From assembly GCA_039649175.1 (NCBI GenBank), contig JBBWZS010000020.1, positions 1,450 through 65,449 on the forward strand: a stretch of DNA of 64,000 nt, given 5' to 3'. Every line of letters begins with the position of its first letter. The first letter of the stretch is position 1. Below the pieces are notes generated by a model. That model saw only the letters and a list, made by a program, of their open reading frames with translations. It had not been told where the DNA came from and searched no databases. Below are positions 19,198 to 27,562 of the stretch, piece by piece. The position numbers and the translations under genes were made by a program. This stretch comes from Acidimicrobiaceae bacterium. Lineage in GTDB: Bacteria > Actinomycetota > Acidimicrobiia > Acidimicrobiales > AC-14.

Positions 19198-19796
19198 GGG
19201 CGGGCGCCGAGCAGGGCGCGGGCCCTGTCGAGGTCGGCGGGGCGGTTGACGTTGAGAGTCGCCGCGGGGTCGAGCGTGACCGCCACCACGTCAGGAGGGA
19301 GCAGCCGGGCCGCCGGCAGGCCGGCCAGCTCGGGGCCCAGCCCGTGCAGGCGGGCCCGCAGGGCCGGGCTCCGGTGCACAGCCAGCAGCGGGTGAGCACG
19401 ACCCCGCTCGTCGAGGGCGGCAACCGCTTCCACCGCCGGGTCGCACAGGGCGGCGGACAGCGCCTCGAGGTGCGCGGAGGTGAGCAACGGCAGATCACCG
19501 GCGAGCACGGCGACGGCGACCGCCGCATCTTCGTCGACGGCCCCCAATCCGGCGGCCACCGCCGGCACCGGCCCCCCGCCGGGCGCCGCCTCGGTCGTGA
19601 ACACGACCCCTTCGACGGCGGTGGCTCGCCTGGGACCGACCACCACCACCTCGTCGCACAGAGGCCGGGCGGCGGACAGCACCCGGTCGAGCAGTGAGCG
19701 CCCGCCCACCTCGAGGGCCAGCTTGTCGACGCTGCCCATGCGCCGGGCCGAGCCACCGGCCACCACGACGGCCGCCAACCGGACCGGGGCGCTCAT
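19194..19796 (-). CDS. mobA: Molybdenum cofactor guanylyltransferase
   Basis: MSAPVRLAAVVVAGGSARRMGSVDKLALEVGGRSLLDRV, LAGDLPLL. ATG at 19796; the longer track ORF to 20201 is an upstream extension. Confidence 0.85.
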   Translation of the reverse strand: MSAPVRLAAVVVAGGSARRMGSVDKLALEVGGRSLLDRVLSAARPLCDEVVVVGPRRATAVEGVVFTTEAAPGGGPVPAVAAGLGAVDEDAAVAVAVLAGDLPLLTSAHLEALSAALCDPAVEAVAALDERGRAHPLLAVHRSPALRARLHGLGPELAGLPAARLLPPDVVAVTLDPAATLNVNRPADLDRARALLGARP

Positions 19797-20013
19797 GACC
19801 AACCCGATCCTACTGGGACCGCAGGCGCCGGGCCCCCGCAACCCGGGAGTGTCACGGGGCCCCGGAACCTGGCGGCACCACCGTGCGAGCATCGGCACCC
19901 GAGGCGCCCGACTGGAGGCCGGCATGGGGGCCGGGCGACCGCCGCGCCGCAGACGGTGCGAACTACGCTCTCTCGCACCTGGACACACCGTCTGAGGAGA
20001 GGACCCACTCACC

Positions 20014-20445
20014 ATGCTTCGTCGATTGATCGCTCCTGTCTCCGCACTCGCCCTGGGGGGACTGGCTGTCGCCGGCGCCATGCCTGCCGGCGCCGCCACC
20101 CGCACGTTCACGGTTGCCCTGCACGGTTCCGAGGAGGTGCCCCCCGCCGATGGCGGCTCGGGCACGGCTCGGATCACCGTGGACAGCAGCACCGGACGCA
20201 TCTGCTACGTGCTGCTCGTGTCCAACCTCGGTGGTCCCGCCGTCAGCGCCCACATCCACCAGGCGCCCTTCGGCGTCGTCGGTCCCGACGTGGTGCCCCT
20301 GGAGGCCCCGGTCAACGGCCGTTCGGCCGCCTGCACCACCACCAGCAGGGCCGAGGCCAAGGCCATCCTCGCCCATCCCTCGGACTTCTACGTGAACGTC
20401 CACACCGCCGAGTTCCCGGCCGGGGCGGCGCGCGGCCAGCTGTGA
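20014..20445 (+). CDS. Secreted CHRD domain protein
   Basis: Signal peptide ...AMPAGAA. LHGSEEVPP, AHIHQAP.G, FYVNVHTAEFPAGAARGQL. Confidence 0.8.
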   Translation: MLRRLIAPVSALALGGLAVAGAMPAGAATRTFTVALHGSEEVPPADGGSGTARITVDSSTGRICYVLLVSNLGGPAVSAHIHQAPFGVVGPDVVPLEAPVNGRSAACTTTSRAEAKAILAHPSDFYVNVHTAEFPAGAARGQL

Positions 20446-20452
20446 GCAGGTC

Positions 20453-20488
20453 CTGACTGCGGCCCGGCACGAGCCGGGCCGCAGTCAG
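20453..20488. terminator. Bidirectional terminator-like hairpin between convergent genes
   Basis: ctgactgcggcccggc-acga-gccgggccgcagtcag: perfect 16-bp stem with a 4-nt loop. No U-tract, which is common in high-GC actinobacteria. Confidence 0.6.
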
Positions 20489-20494
20489 CGTGGT

Positions 20495-21073
20495 TCAGGC
20501 GCCCTTGGAGGTGCCGGCCCGGCGGGCGGCGGGCTTGGCGGGGGCCACCTTCGCAGCACGCGCCTTGCCGGCGGCGGCGGCCGTCCTGGGCGCCCCGGAC
20601 TTCGGTGAGGTCGTGGCGCGGGAAGTCGCGGCGCGGGTGGCTGTGGCGCGGGTAGCGGTGGGACGGGCACTCGTGGCGCGGGTGCGGGCGGCGGGGGCGC
20701 TTGCCGCCCGGGCCGGCGCCTTTGCCCTGGCGACGGGCTTGGAAGTGGCGCGAGGACGCGCTGGGGCCCGTCTGGCCTCGGGCTCGTGGGCCTGAGGCTC
20801 GACGGCCTCGGGCTCGAGGGCCTGAGGCTCGACGGCCTCGGGCTCGACGACCGCCTCGGAGTCAACCGCGGGGGGCGGTGGGGTGATGGTGTCGCTCGCC
20901 CGGACGGGTTCCCGGGCCGGCGCCTGGGACTGCGCACCGGAGAGAGCGTCGGCGAGGGTCCAGCCGGCGGGCGGCGGGTTCGACCCGGAGCGCACCAGCG
21001 ACTCGATCTGCTGAGTGGCGTCGCGCTCGATGTCTTCGCGCGACGTCTTTCGTCCGAACAGTGATCGCAGCAT
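20495..21073 (-). CDS. Hypothetical low-complexity protein (acidic EPEAVEPQ repeats followed by an Arg/Ala/Lys-rich basic tail)
   Basis: ATG 21073 (MLRSLFGRKTSREDIERDATQQIESLV). No recognisable domain. Confidence 0.5.
   Translation of the reverse strand: MLRSLFGRKTSREDIERDATQQIESLVRSGSNPPPAGWTLADALSGAQSQAPAREPVRASDTITPPPPAVDSEAVVEPEAVEPQALEPEAVEPQAHEPEARRAPARPRATSKPVARAKAPARAASAPAARTRATSARPTATRATATRAATSRATTSPKSGAPRTAAAAGKARAAKVAPAKPAARRAGTSKGA
20774..20847. repeat. Tandem 15/30-bp repeat (cctgaggctcgacggcctcgggctcga x2 plus a partial copy)
   Basis: Exact 27-nt copies at 20791-20817 and 20821-20847. Encodes EPEAVEPQALEPEAVEPQAH. Confidence 0.85.
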
Positions 21074-21280
21074 GGTGAGAAAACCTCTCTTGGGATGGAC
21101 AACACGACAACACGGCGCCGGCACTTCGGGGCGGATCGAAGAAGGGACAGGTCACCGCACGGCAGGAGAATCCCTGCCTCCCGTCCGACAGACCGCTCCG
21201 CGCCCTCACCTCCAGTATCGCGTAGTTCCGGCGACTACGAGCGTGATTTGTCGGCCCCAACCCCGATCATCGCGAGCGGG

Positions 21281-22963
21281 TCAACCCTTGGGTGGCGGTG
21301 ACCGCAGCTCGGCATCGGTCGGGGGTGCCAGGTTGCCGTAGGGCGGCACCACCACCGGTGCCTCCTTCCACTGGTAGGGGACGAGATCGGGGCCCACCCG
21401 GTGGCCGCCAGGACCACTGTCGACATCGCCGTCGTGGCGGAAGTGGGCGCCGTACCAGACGACGAGGTCCTGGCGCTCGACGGACTCGCCCGACACCATG
21501 CGGTCGAGGTTGGCCCGTGACAGCGCCGGGTCGGTCGTGAAACCCTGGCCGTCGTCGACCTCGTTGGGGTCGTAGCGCAGGATCCAGACGTCGCCCGCGC
21601 CGTACGTGTCGGCGGTGCCGTCACCGGGCCCGGGGCGGATGGCGTAGCCCTGCGACGCCCTGGTGTTGCGCACCCGCCAGTACCGGCCGTGTTCGGCGCT
21701 GCGGTCCCGGCGGACCTCCAGGCGGATCGTGTGCCAGTTGGCCGTCTCCACCACGGGTGGGTCGTTGTACTCCTGGATCACGTTGCTCTGGGCCTCGAGG
21801 ATGTCGAAGTCGAGGCGCCAGTAGACGTTGTGATGGTGGGCCTGGCAGGTGCACGGGTTCTGGGCGGCGGCGAACCCGAAACGGGGGCGGATGGTGCCGT
21901 CGGCGGCCAGCCGCCACTCGCTGACATAGCGGTACCAACCGGCCTGGAGCTGGCTGACGATCACCAGCTCGTCGCCGTCGAGCCACAGCGCCACGCCCCG
22001 GAAGTTCCCTCCGTCGGCCTGGCTCTCGAGAATGGTCTGCGGCGCGGTGGCACACAGCCGGAAGCCGGCGACAGCCTCGTCGCCTTCGGCGATGAAACAA
22101 CTCTCCTCGTGCTGCCAGTCGCGATAGGTGGGGCCGCAACCGGTCGCGGCCCCGCCGTCGCCGTAGGCGACGTTGAGGATGGGGGCGTGGGCGCGGGACA
22201 GGACCCGCTGGCCCTTGTAGTCGACGGTGCGCAGCTCGACTCCCGAGCCGTTGGTGCCCGACGACGCCGAGGGGCGCACCACGACCAGGTCCCAGAGCAC
22301 GGTGGCACCCCGGCGCACGCGCACACGGGCCTGGCCCACCCCGGCGGTCAGGGCACAGGTCGGGCCTGGGGGCGCCCCACACTCGGCCGCCGAGGGCGCC
22401 ACGATCCCCGCCGGCTCCCGGATGATCTCGGCGTCGAAGGTGCGCACGCCCACGATGCGGTGGCGCCCGCCGCCGCCGTCGCCGTCGGGGGTGCGCAGGC
22501 CCACGGCGATGACCCGGTCGACGGAGCCGTCGGCGTTGTGGATGTTGACCAGGGGTGGCATTGGTCGGTAGGCGTAGGCACCCTCGGGCTCGAGCAGCGC
22601 CGCCATCTCCGGATCGTCGCCCAGGATCGAAACCGCCCAGGTGTGCTCGTCCTCGCTCGGCGGCCACTGGTGGGCGGTCGGGAAGATCTCCGAGCTACCG
22701 GGGTCGTCGAGCCAGCCCTGGACCCGGGCGGACCGACCAGTCGTGGTGTCGTGCACCAGGGTGCTGAAACGGGGGCCGTCCCCATCGTCCTTGTCGACCA
22801 CATCGAAGCCCACCAGCCACAGGTCACCGGCCGGGAAGTGCTGTCGGAGCAGGGGATGCGAAAGGATGGCCTTGGTGGCGGCGGCGTGGGCGGTGGTGTA
22901 GGTCTGCTCGGCGACCACCTCGACTTCGAGGGGCTCTTTGTCCGCTGCGGCTTCCTCTGGCAT
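21281..22963 (-). CDS. Copper amine oxidase-like protein with a divergent active-site motif
   Basis: AHHHNVYWRLDFDI resembles the CuAO HxH...RLDxxIDG block. DLVVWYGAHFRH resembles D(I/V)VxWxTxGxxH (third His). GWYRYVSEWRLAADGTI aligns to GNY(D/E)Y...F..dGtI. ATG 22963 has a GGGAGG RBS. Confidence 0.6.
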   Translation of the reverse strand: MPEEAAADKEPLEVEVVAEQTYTTAHAAATKAILSHPLLRQHFPAGDLWLVGFDVVDKDDGDGPRFSTLVHDTTTGRSARVQGWLDDPGSSEIFPTAHQWPPSEDEHTWAVSILGDDPEMAALLEPEGAYAYRPMPPLVNIHNADGSVDRVIAVGLRTPDGDGGGGRHRIVGVRTFDAEIIREPAGIVAPSAAECGAPPGPTCALTAGVGQARVRVRRGATVLWDLVVVRPSASSGTNGSGVELRTVDYKGQRVLSRAHAPILNVAYGDGGAATGCGPTYRDWQHEESCFIAEGDEAVAGFRLCATAPQTILESQADGGNFRGVALWLDGDELVIVSQLQAGWYRYVSEWRLAADGTIRPRFGFAAAQNPCTCQAHHHNVYWRLDFDILEAQSNVIQEYNDPPVVETANWHTIRLEVRRDRSAEHGRYWRVRNTRASQGYAIRPGPGDGTADTYGAGDVWILRYDPNEVDDGQGFTTDPALSRANLDRMVSGESVERQDLVVWYGAHFRHDGDVDSGPGGHRVGPDLVPYQWKEAPVVVPPYGNLAPPTDAELRSPPPKG

Positions 22964-23112
22964 CGGTGCTCGACCTCCCGGAGTGCCCAGTTCGGGCGTT
23001 TGGCCGCCTGGGCCCGAGCGGCCTCGGAGCGGCGGCTCGGTGACGACATGCCTTTCTACCTCCCGGGCGACGCTCGGCTGTCCCTGCCCGACCGCAGGTA
23101 GGTTTGTCGGCA

Positions 23113-24408
23113 ATGCCCGACATCCCCGAGAACGGTCTGACCCGGCTGGTGCACCAGGTCACCGAGGTGGCCACCGGGCCCGACACCACGTTCGCCGACG
23201 GTCGCCTCACCGTCTCGGCCAAGGCCGCCCGCGAGTGCCTGGCCGACCCCGCCCTGGCTCACGTCGAGGTGACGTGGGCCTCCCCGGGCCAGTCGGTGCG
23301 CATCGTGAAGGTCCTCGACGCCGTCGAACCGAGGACCAAAGGGGCAGGTGGGGGTGGCATCTTCGCCGGCTTCGTCGGCCCCGACCGGGTCCAGGGCCGG
23401 GGATCCACGCACGTGCTGCGGGGGGCGGCGGTCGTGGTCGCCGGGTTCCTGCCCCGGGCCCAGGAAGCGGTGGTCGAGATGTCGGGCCCGGCGGCGGCCC
23501 TGTCACCCCTTGGCGCCACCCACAACCTGGTGGTCGAGTTCACCCCGGCCGAGGATGCTCCCTGGGAGGACGTCGACCGAGCCCTGCGCGGAGGCGCGTT
23601 GCGCCTGGCCGTGCATCTGGCCGATGCCGCCCTCGACACCCCGCCCGATGCCGAGGAGTGGCTGCCCGCCCCCACTCCTCCCACCGGCGGCGGCGGCCGG
23701 TACCGGGTGGGTGCCATCACCAACCTCCAGACCCAGGGCACCTTCAAGGACGTCTTCGTCTACGGCCGCAGCTTCTCGGGGGGCCTGCCCACCCTGATCG
23801 ACCCCGGCGACCTCGACGACGGGGCCGTGGTGAGCGGCCAGTTCGGGCACCCGTCGCTCAAGAACCCCACCTTCATGCATCAGAACCACCCCGTCGTCGC
23901 CGCCCTGCGGGCCCGCCACGGCGTCGACGTCGACTTCGCCGGCGTGGTGATCTCCCCCGAGCCGGTGGTCGCCAGCCAGAAGGAGTTGGTCTCGGCCCAT
24001 GCCGCCCGCCTGTGCGCGGCGGCGGGCTGGGACGCGGCCATCGTCACCAAGGAAGGCGGCGGTAACGCCGACGGCGACGTGGCCCTCAAGATGGACGCCT
24101 TGGAAGACGCCGGGGTGATGGCCGTGGGCCTGTTCGCGGAGATGGCGGGGCCCGACGGCACCGGACCACCCATCGTCGTGCCCCCGGAGCGGGCGACGGC
24201 CATGGTGAGCACCGGCAACTACGACGAGCGCCTGGTGCTGCCTGCCGTCGAGCGGGCCCTCGGAGGCGACGCGGTGGCCCTGGTCGACCGTCCTGCCACC
24301 GACGAGCTGCAGCTGCCGATCGCCGTGGTCTACTGCGCCCTGAGCCCCCTGGGCTGGGGCCACCTCACCTGCGCGCCCGAGGTCGGGACAGAGGTGTTGT
24401 CGGCATGA
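23113..24408 (+). CDS. Glycine/sarcosine/betaine reductase component B substrate-binding subunit (GrdE/GrdG/GrdI family)
   Basis: SPGQSVRIVKVLDAVEPRTKGAGGGGIF, GSTHVLRGAAVV, VEMSGPAA, TNLQTQGTFKDVFVYG, PTLIDPGDLDDGAVVSGQF-GHPSLKNPTFMHQNHPVV, IVTKEGGGN. ATG 23113; the track uses TTG 23104. Confidence 0.8.
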   Translation: MPDIPENGLTRLVHQVTEVATGPDTTFADGRLTVSAKAARECLADPALAHVEVTWASPGQSVRIVKVLDAVEPRTKGAGGGGIFAGFVGPDRVQGRGSTHVLRGAAVVVAGFLPRAQEAVVEMSGPAAALSPLGATHNLVVEFTPAEDAPWEDVDRALRGGALRLAVHLADAALDTPPDAEEWLPAPTPPTGGGGRYRVGAITNLQTQGTFKDVFVYGRSFSGGLPTLIDPGDLDDGAVVSGQFGHPSLKNPTFMHQNHPVVAALRARHGVDVDFAGVVISPEPVVASQKELVSAHAARLCAAAGWDAAIVTKEGGGNADGDVALKMDALEDAGVMAVGLFAEMAGPDGTGPPIVVPPERATAMVSTGNYDERLVLPAVERALGGDAVALVDRPATDELQLPIAVVYCALSPLGWGHLTCAPEVGTEVLSA

Positions 24409-25697
24409 GCCGGGTCGTGCACTACATCAACCAGTTCTTCGCCGGCGTGGGCGGCGAGGACTCGGCCGGCACCCCACCCACGACCCGCCCCGAAGCGGTC
24501 GGACCGGGCCGGCGCCTGGCCCAGCTCATCGGCCCCGACCACGAGGTCGTGGCCACCGTCTTCTGTGGCGACGACCACGCCTCCGGTGACCCGGCGGCCA
24601 TCGCCGAGATCATCGACCTCGTCCGCGCCGCCGAGCCCGACCTGGTGGTGGCCGGGCCCGCCTTCACCAGCGGCCGCTACGGCCTGGCCTGCGCCCGGGT
24701 GGCGGCCGCCGCCACCGCCGCCGGGATCCCCGTCATCGCCTCCATGCACCCCGACAACCCCGGCCTCGACGAGGCGGGCGGCGCTCCCGTCGTGGCCAGC
24801 GGCGAGGTGGCCCGCCAGATGGGGCCGTCACTCGACAGGCTGGCTGCCGCCGTGCGCCGGATGCTGGCAGGCGAGACGCTCACCGCCGACGACGGTCGCA
24901 TCGGCGCCGTGCCCCGCCGGTCACGGGTGGCCACCAGCGATGCCGCCAGCCGGGCCGTCGACCTGGTGCTGGCCCGCCTGGGGGGCGACGCCGCCGCCAC
25001 CGAGGTGCCCCTGCCCCGGTTCGACCACGTCACCCCGGCGGCGCCGGTCGCAGACCTGGCCACCGCCACGCTCGCCCTGGTCACCGAGTCGGCCCTGGTG
25101 CCCGACGACAATCCCGACCACCTCGAGTCGGCCCGGGCCACCAAGTGGTTGCGCTACCCCCTCGACGGCCGTGACTCGCTCACGCCCGGCGAGTGGCGCT
25201 CCGTGCACGGCGGCTTCTCGACGGTGTGGGCCAACGAGGACCCCCACCGCCTCCTGCCCCTCGACGTGGCCCGCCGCCTCGAAGGCGAGGGCCTCATCGG
25301 CAGCCTGTACCCGGCCTACCTCGTGACCGCCGGCAACGGCACGTCGGTGGGCAACGCCCGGCGCTTCGGTATCGAGTGGGCCGCCGACCTGCGCCACTCC
25401 GAGGTCCGGGCCGCCATCCTCACCGCTACCTGAGGCACCGGCACGCGTTGCGGGGCAACGCTGGCAAAAGAGCTCGAACGGGCAGGCATCCCCACCGCCT
25501 TGCTGTGCAACCTGGTGTCGATCGCCCAGCGGGTGGGTGCACCGCGCATCGTGCCCACCAGGGGCATCCCCTACCCCACCGGCGACCCGTCCCTCACCAA
25601 GGCCGACGAGAACGCCTGGCGGCTGCGCCTGGTCAAGACCGCCCTGGGGGCCCTGGCCACCCCGGTGAAGCAGCCCACCGTGTTCGAAGTGGCGTAA
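24405..25697 (+). CDS. Glycine/sarcosine/betaine reductase selenoprotein B family (GrdB/GrdF/GrdH), TGA at 25431-25433 read as Sec
   Basis: ATGA overlap with the upstream gene. MSRVVHYINQFFAGVGGED. Track ORFs 24405..25433 and 25500..25697 are in the same frame through ...AAILTAT-U-GTGTRCGATLAKELERAGIP, the classical GrdB 'LT(S/A)T-U-GTCTRCGAT' site. Confidence 0.85.
25443..25463 (+). promoter_or_regulatory. SECIS-like hairpin 9 nt downstream of the grdB-like UGA
   Basis: cagcgttg-cgggg-caacgctg: 8-bp stem with a 5-nt G-rich loop. Confidence 0.5.
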
Positions 25698-25724
25698 CCA
25701 GCCCACTGTGGCCATCCTGGTCTC

Positions 25725-27218
25725 ATGACCGATCGTGCTGTGATCAGCGGGGCCTCCCAGGTGCTGGCCCACGTCCCCGGGCTGGCCCGTCACGGGTCCA
25801 AGCCCCGGCGGGAGCTGGCCAAAGACGAAGGCGTGCAGAAGGCGTTCCTGGCCGCCCTGCGCAGCACCGGCGAGGCGGTGGCCTACGCGCCCCACCAGGC
25901 GTGGCTGGGGGCCCTCCACCCCCGTGACCTCCCCGAACGGCCTTGGGCCCGCCGGCCCGGGCAGAGCCCGGGAGGCAGTGGCGGCGTCGGCCAGGGAGCG
26001 GCCGAGGCCTCGGCCGGCGGGCCCGACGGCACCATGGTGGGCGAGGAGGAGTTCCTCGGGCTGCTGGCCGTGGTCGACGAGTTCGGCCTCATCACCCTCG
26101 ACCCCGAGGCCGCCGACCGGTCCGCCGCCGCCCTGGCCGCCCACCCCCTGGCCAAGGCCCTCGACCTCGACCTCATCGACCGGGCGCGCGGCGACGCCGG
26201 GAAGGTGGCAGCCGAAGACGGCTCCCTGCCCCTGCACGTCGGTGCCGACCGCCTGGTCGGCGCCGTCCGGGGTGCCCAGGCCGACGACGAGTCGCTGTCG
26301 GCCCACGTCCTGCTCGAGAACCTGGCCTCCAAGGCCACCGCCACCCTGGCCCTGCTCCACCTGCTGGCCGCCGGTGACGTCGACCCGACGTCGATCGACT
26401 ACGTGCTGTCCTGCGGCGAGGAGGCCATCGGCGACCGCTACCAGCGGGGGGGCGGCAACCTGGCCAAGGCCGTCGCCCAGGCGGCCGGGCTCACCGAGGC
26501 GTCGGGCGCCGACATCAAGAACTTCTGCGCCGCCCCGGTGCCCGCCCTGGTGATGGCGTCGGCCCTGGTGGCGTCCGGGGTCTTCCGCCGGGTGGCAGTC
26601 GTGGCCGGGGGATCGCTGCCCAAGCTGGGCATGAAGTTCCAGGGTCACCTGTCCCACGACCTGCCCGTGCTCGAAGACGTCCTCGGCGGCACCGCCGCCG
26701 TCATCGAGGCCGACGACGGCCGCTCGCCCATCGTCCGGCTCGACGCCGTGGGCCGCCACCGGGTGGCCGCCGGCGGGTCGGCCCCCCAGATCATGGAGGC
26801 CCTCGCCGTCGAGCCGCTGGAACGGGTCGGCCTGGCCATGACCGACGTCGACGACTTCGCCACCGAGCTGCACAATCCCGAGATCACCGAGCCCCAGGGC
26901 TCGGGCGACGTGGCCGCCCGCAACTACCGCACCATGGCCGCCCTGGCCGTGCGCCGGGGCGACCTCGAGCGCGACGACCTCGCCCGCTTCGTCACCGAGC
27001 GGGGCATGCCCGGGTTCGCCCCCACCCAGGGGCACCTGGCATCGGCGCTGTGCTACCTGCCCCACGCCCTGCGTCGACTGACCGCCGGGGACGCAGGTAG
27101 GGTCTGCCTCGTCGCCAAGGGAAGCCTGTTTCTCGGACGGATGTGCCAGCTTTCCGACGGCATGAGCATGCTGCTGGAGCGCAACCCGGCCGCCGAATCG
27201 CAGGGGAGGGCGACATGA
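25725..27218 (+). CDS. grdC: Glycine reductase complex component C, beta subunit-like (GrdC)
   Basis: The N-terminus AVISGASQVLAHVPGLARHGS...AYAPHQAWLGAL resembles my recollection of the GrdC N-terminus. Thiolase-like core with NFCAAP. 497 aa. Confidence 0.7.
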   Translation: MTDRAVISGASQVLAHVPGLARHGSKPRRELAKDEGVQKAFLAALRSTGEAVAYAPHQAWLGALHPRDLPERPWARRPGQSPGGSGGVGQGAAEASAGGPDGTMVGEEEFLGLLAVVDEFGLITLDPEAADRSAAALAAHPLAKALDLDLIDRARGDAGKVAAEDGSLPLHVGADRLVGAVRGAQADDESLSAHVLLENLASKATATLALLHLLAAGDVDPTSIDYVLSCGEEAIGDRYQRGGGNLAKAVAQAAGLTEASGADIKNFCAAPVPALVMASALVASGVFRRVAVVAGGSLPKLGMKFQGHLSHDLPVLEDVLGGTAAVIEADDGRSPIVRLDAVGRHRVAAGGSAPQIMEALAVEPLERVGLAMTDVDDFATELHNPEITEPQGSGDVAARNYRTMAALAVRRGDLERDDLARFVTERGMPGFAPTQGHLASALCYLPHALRRLTAGDAGRVCLVAKGSLFLGRMCQLSDGMSMLLERNPAAESQGRAT

Positions 27219-27556
27219 CCACCGTCACCGAGGTCACCAAGGACACCTTCGAAGACCTCACCGCCGAGGGCACCGTCCTCATCGACGTCTGGGGCCCGGC
27301 GTGCGTGCCCTGTGTGGCCCTGACCCCCCACGTCGAGCGCCTGGCCGAGCAGCGACCCGACCTCCAGGTCCTCAAGTTGGAGGCGCCCAAGAACCGGCGG
27401 CTGTGCATCGACATGAAGGTCATGGGCATGCCGGCGTTCCTGCTGTTCCGGGACGGCGCCGAGGTGGCCCGGCTCTCCGACCCCGAGCTCACGCCCGAAG
27501 CTCTCACGTCCTGGCTCGACACCACGCTCGAGACCCTGAACCCCGAAGGGGGGTAA
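27215..27556 (+). CDS. trxA: Thioredoxin with a W-G-P-A-C-V-P-C active site
   Basis: ATGA overlap with grdC and a GGGGAGGG RBS. LIDVWGPACVPCVALTPHVERLA...MPAFLLF. The CVPC redox motif is the one recalled for the Grd-associated thioredoxins of Eubacterium acidaminophilum and Clostridium species. Confidence 0.85.
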   Translation: MTTVTEVTKDTFEDLTAEGTVLIDVWGPACVPCVALTPHVERLAEQRPDLQVLKLEAPKNRRLCIDMKVMGMPAFLLFRDGAEVARLSDPELTPEALTSWLDTTLETLNPEGG

Positions 27557-27562
27557 CACACC

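Noticed and set aside
25725-27218. Reading the 497-aa protein as a GrdC-GrdD fusion that would account for the missing grdD
   Set aside because: Its length matches GrdC alone (about 500 aa, as I recall) and only one thiolase-like core is evident. A GrdC+GrdD fusion should be about 900 aa.
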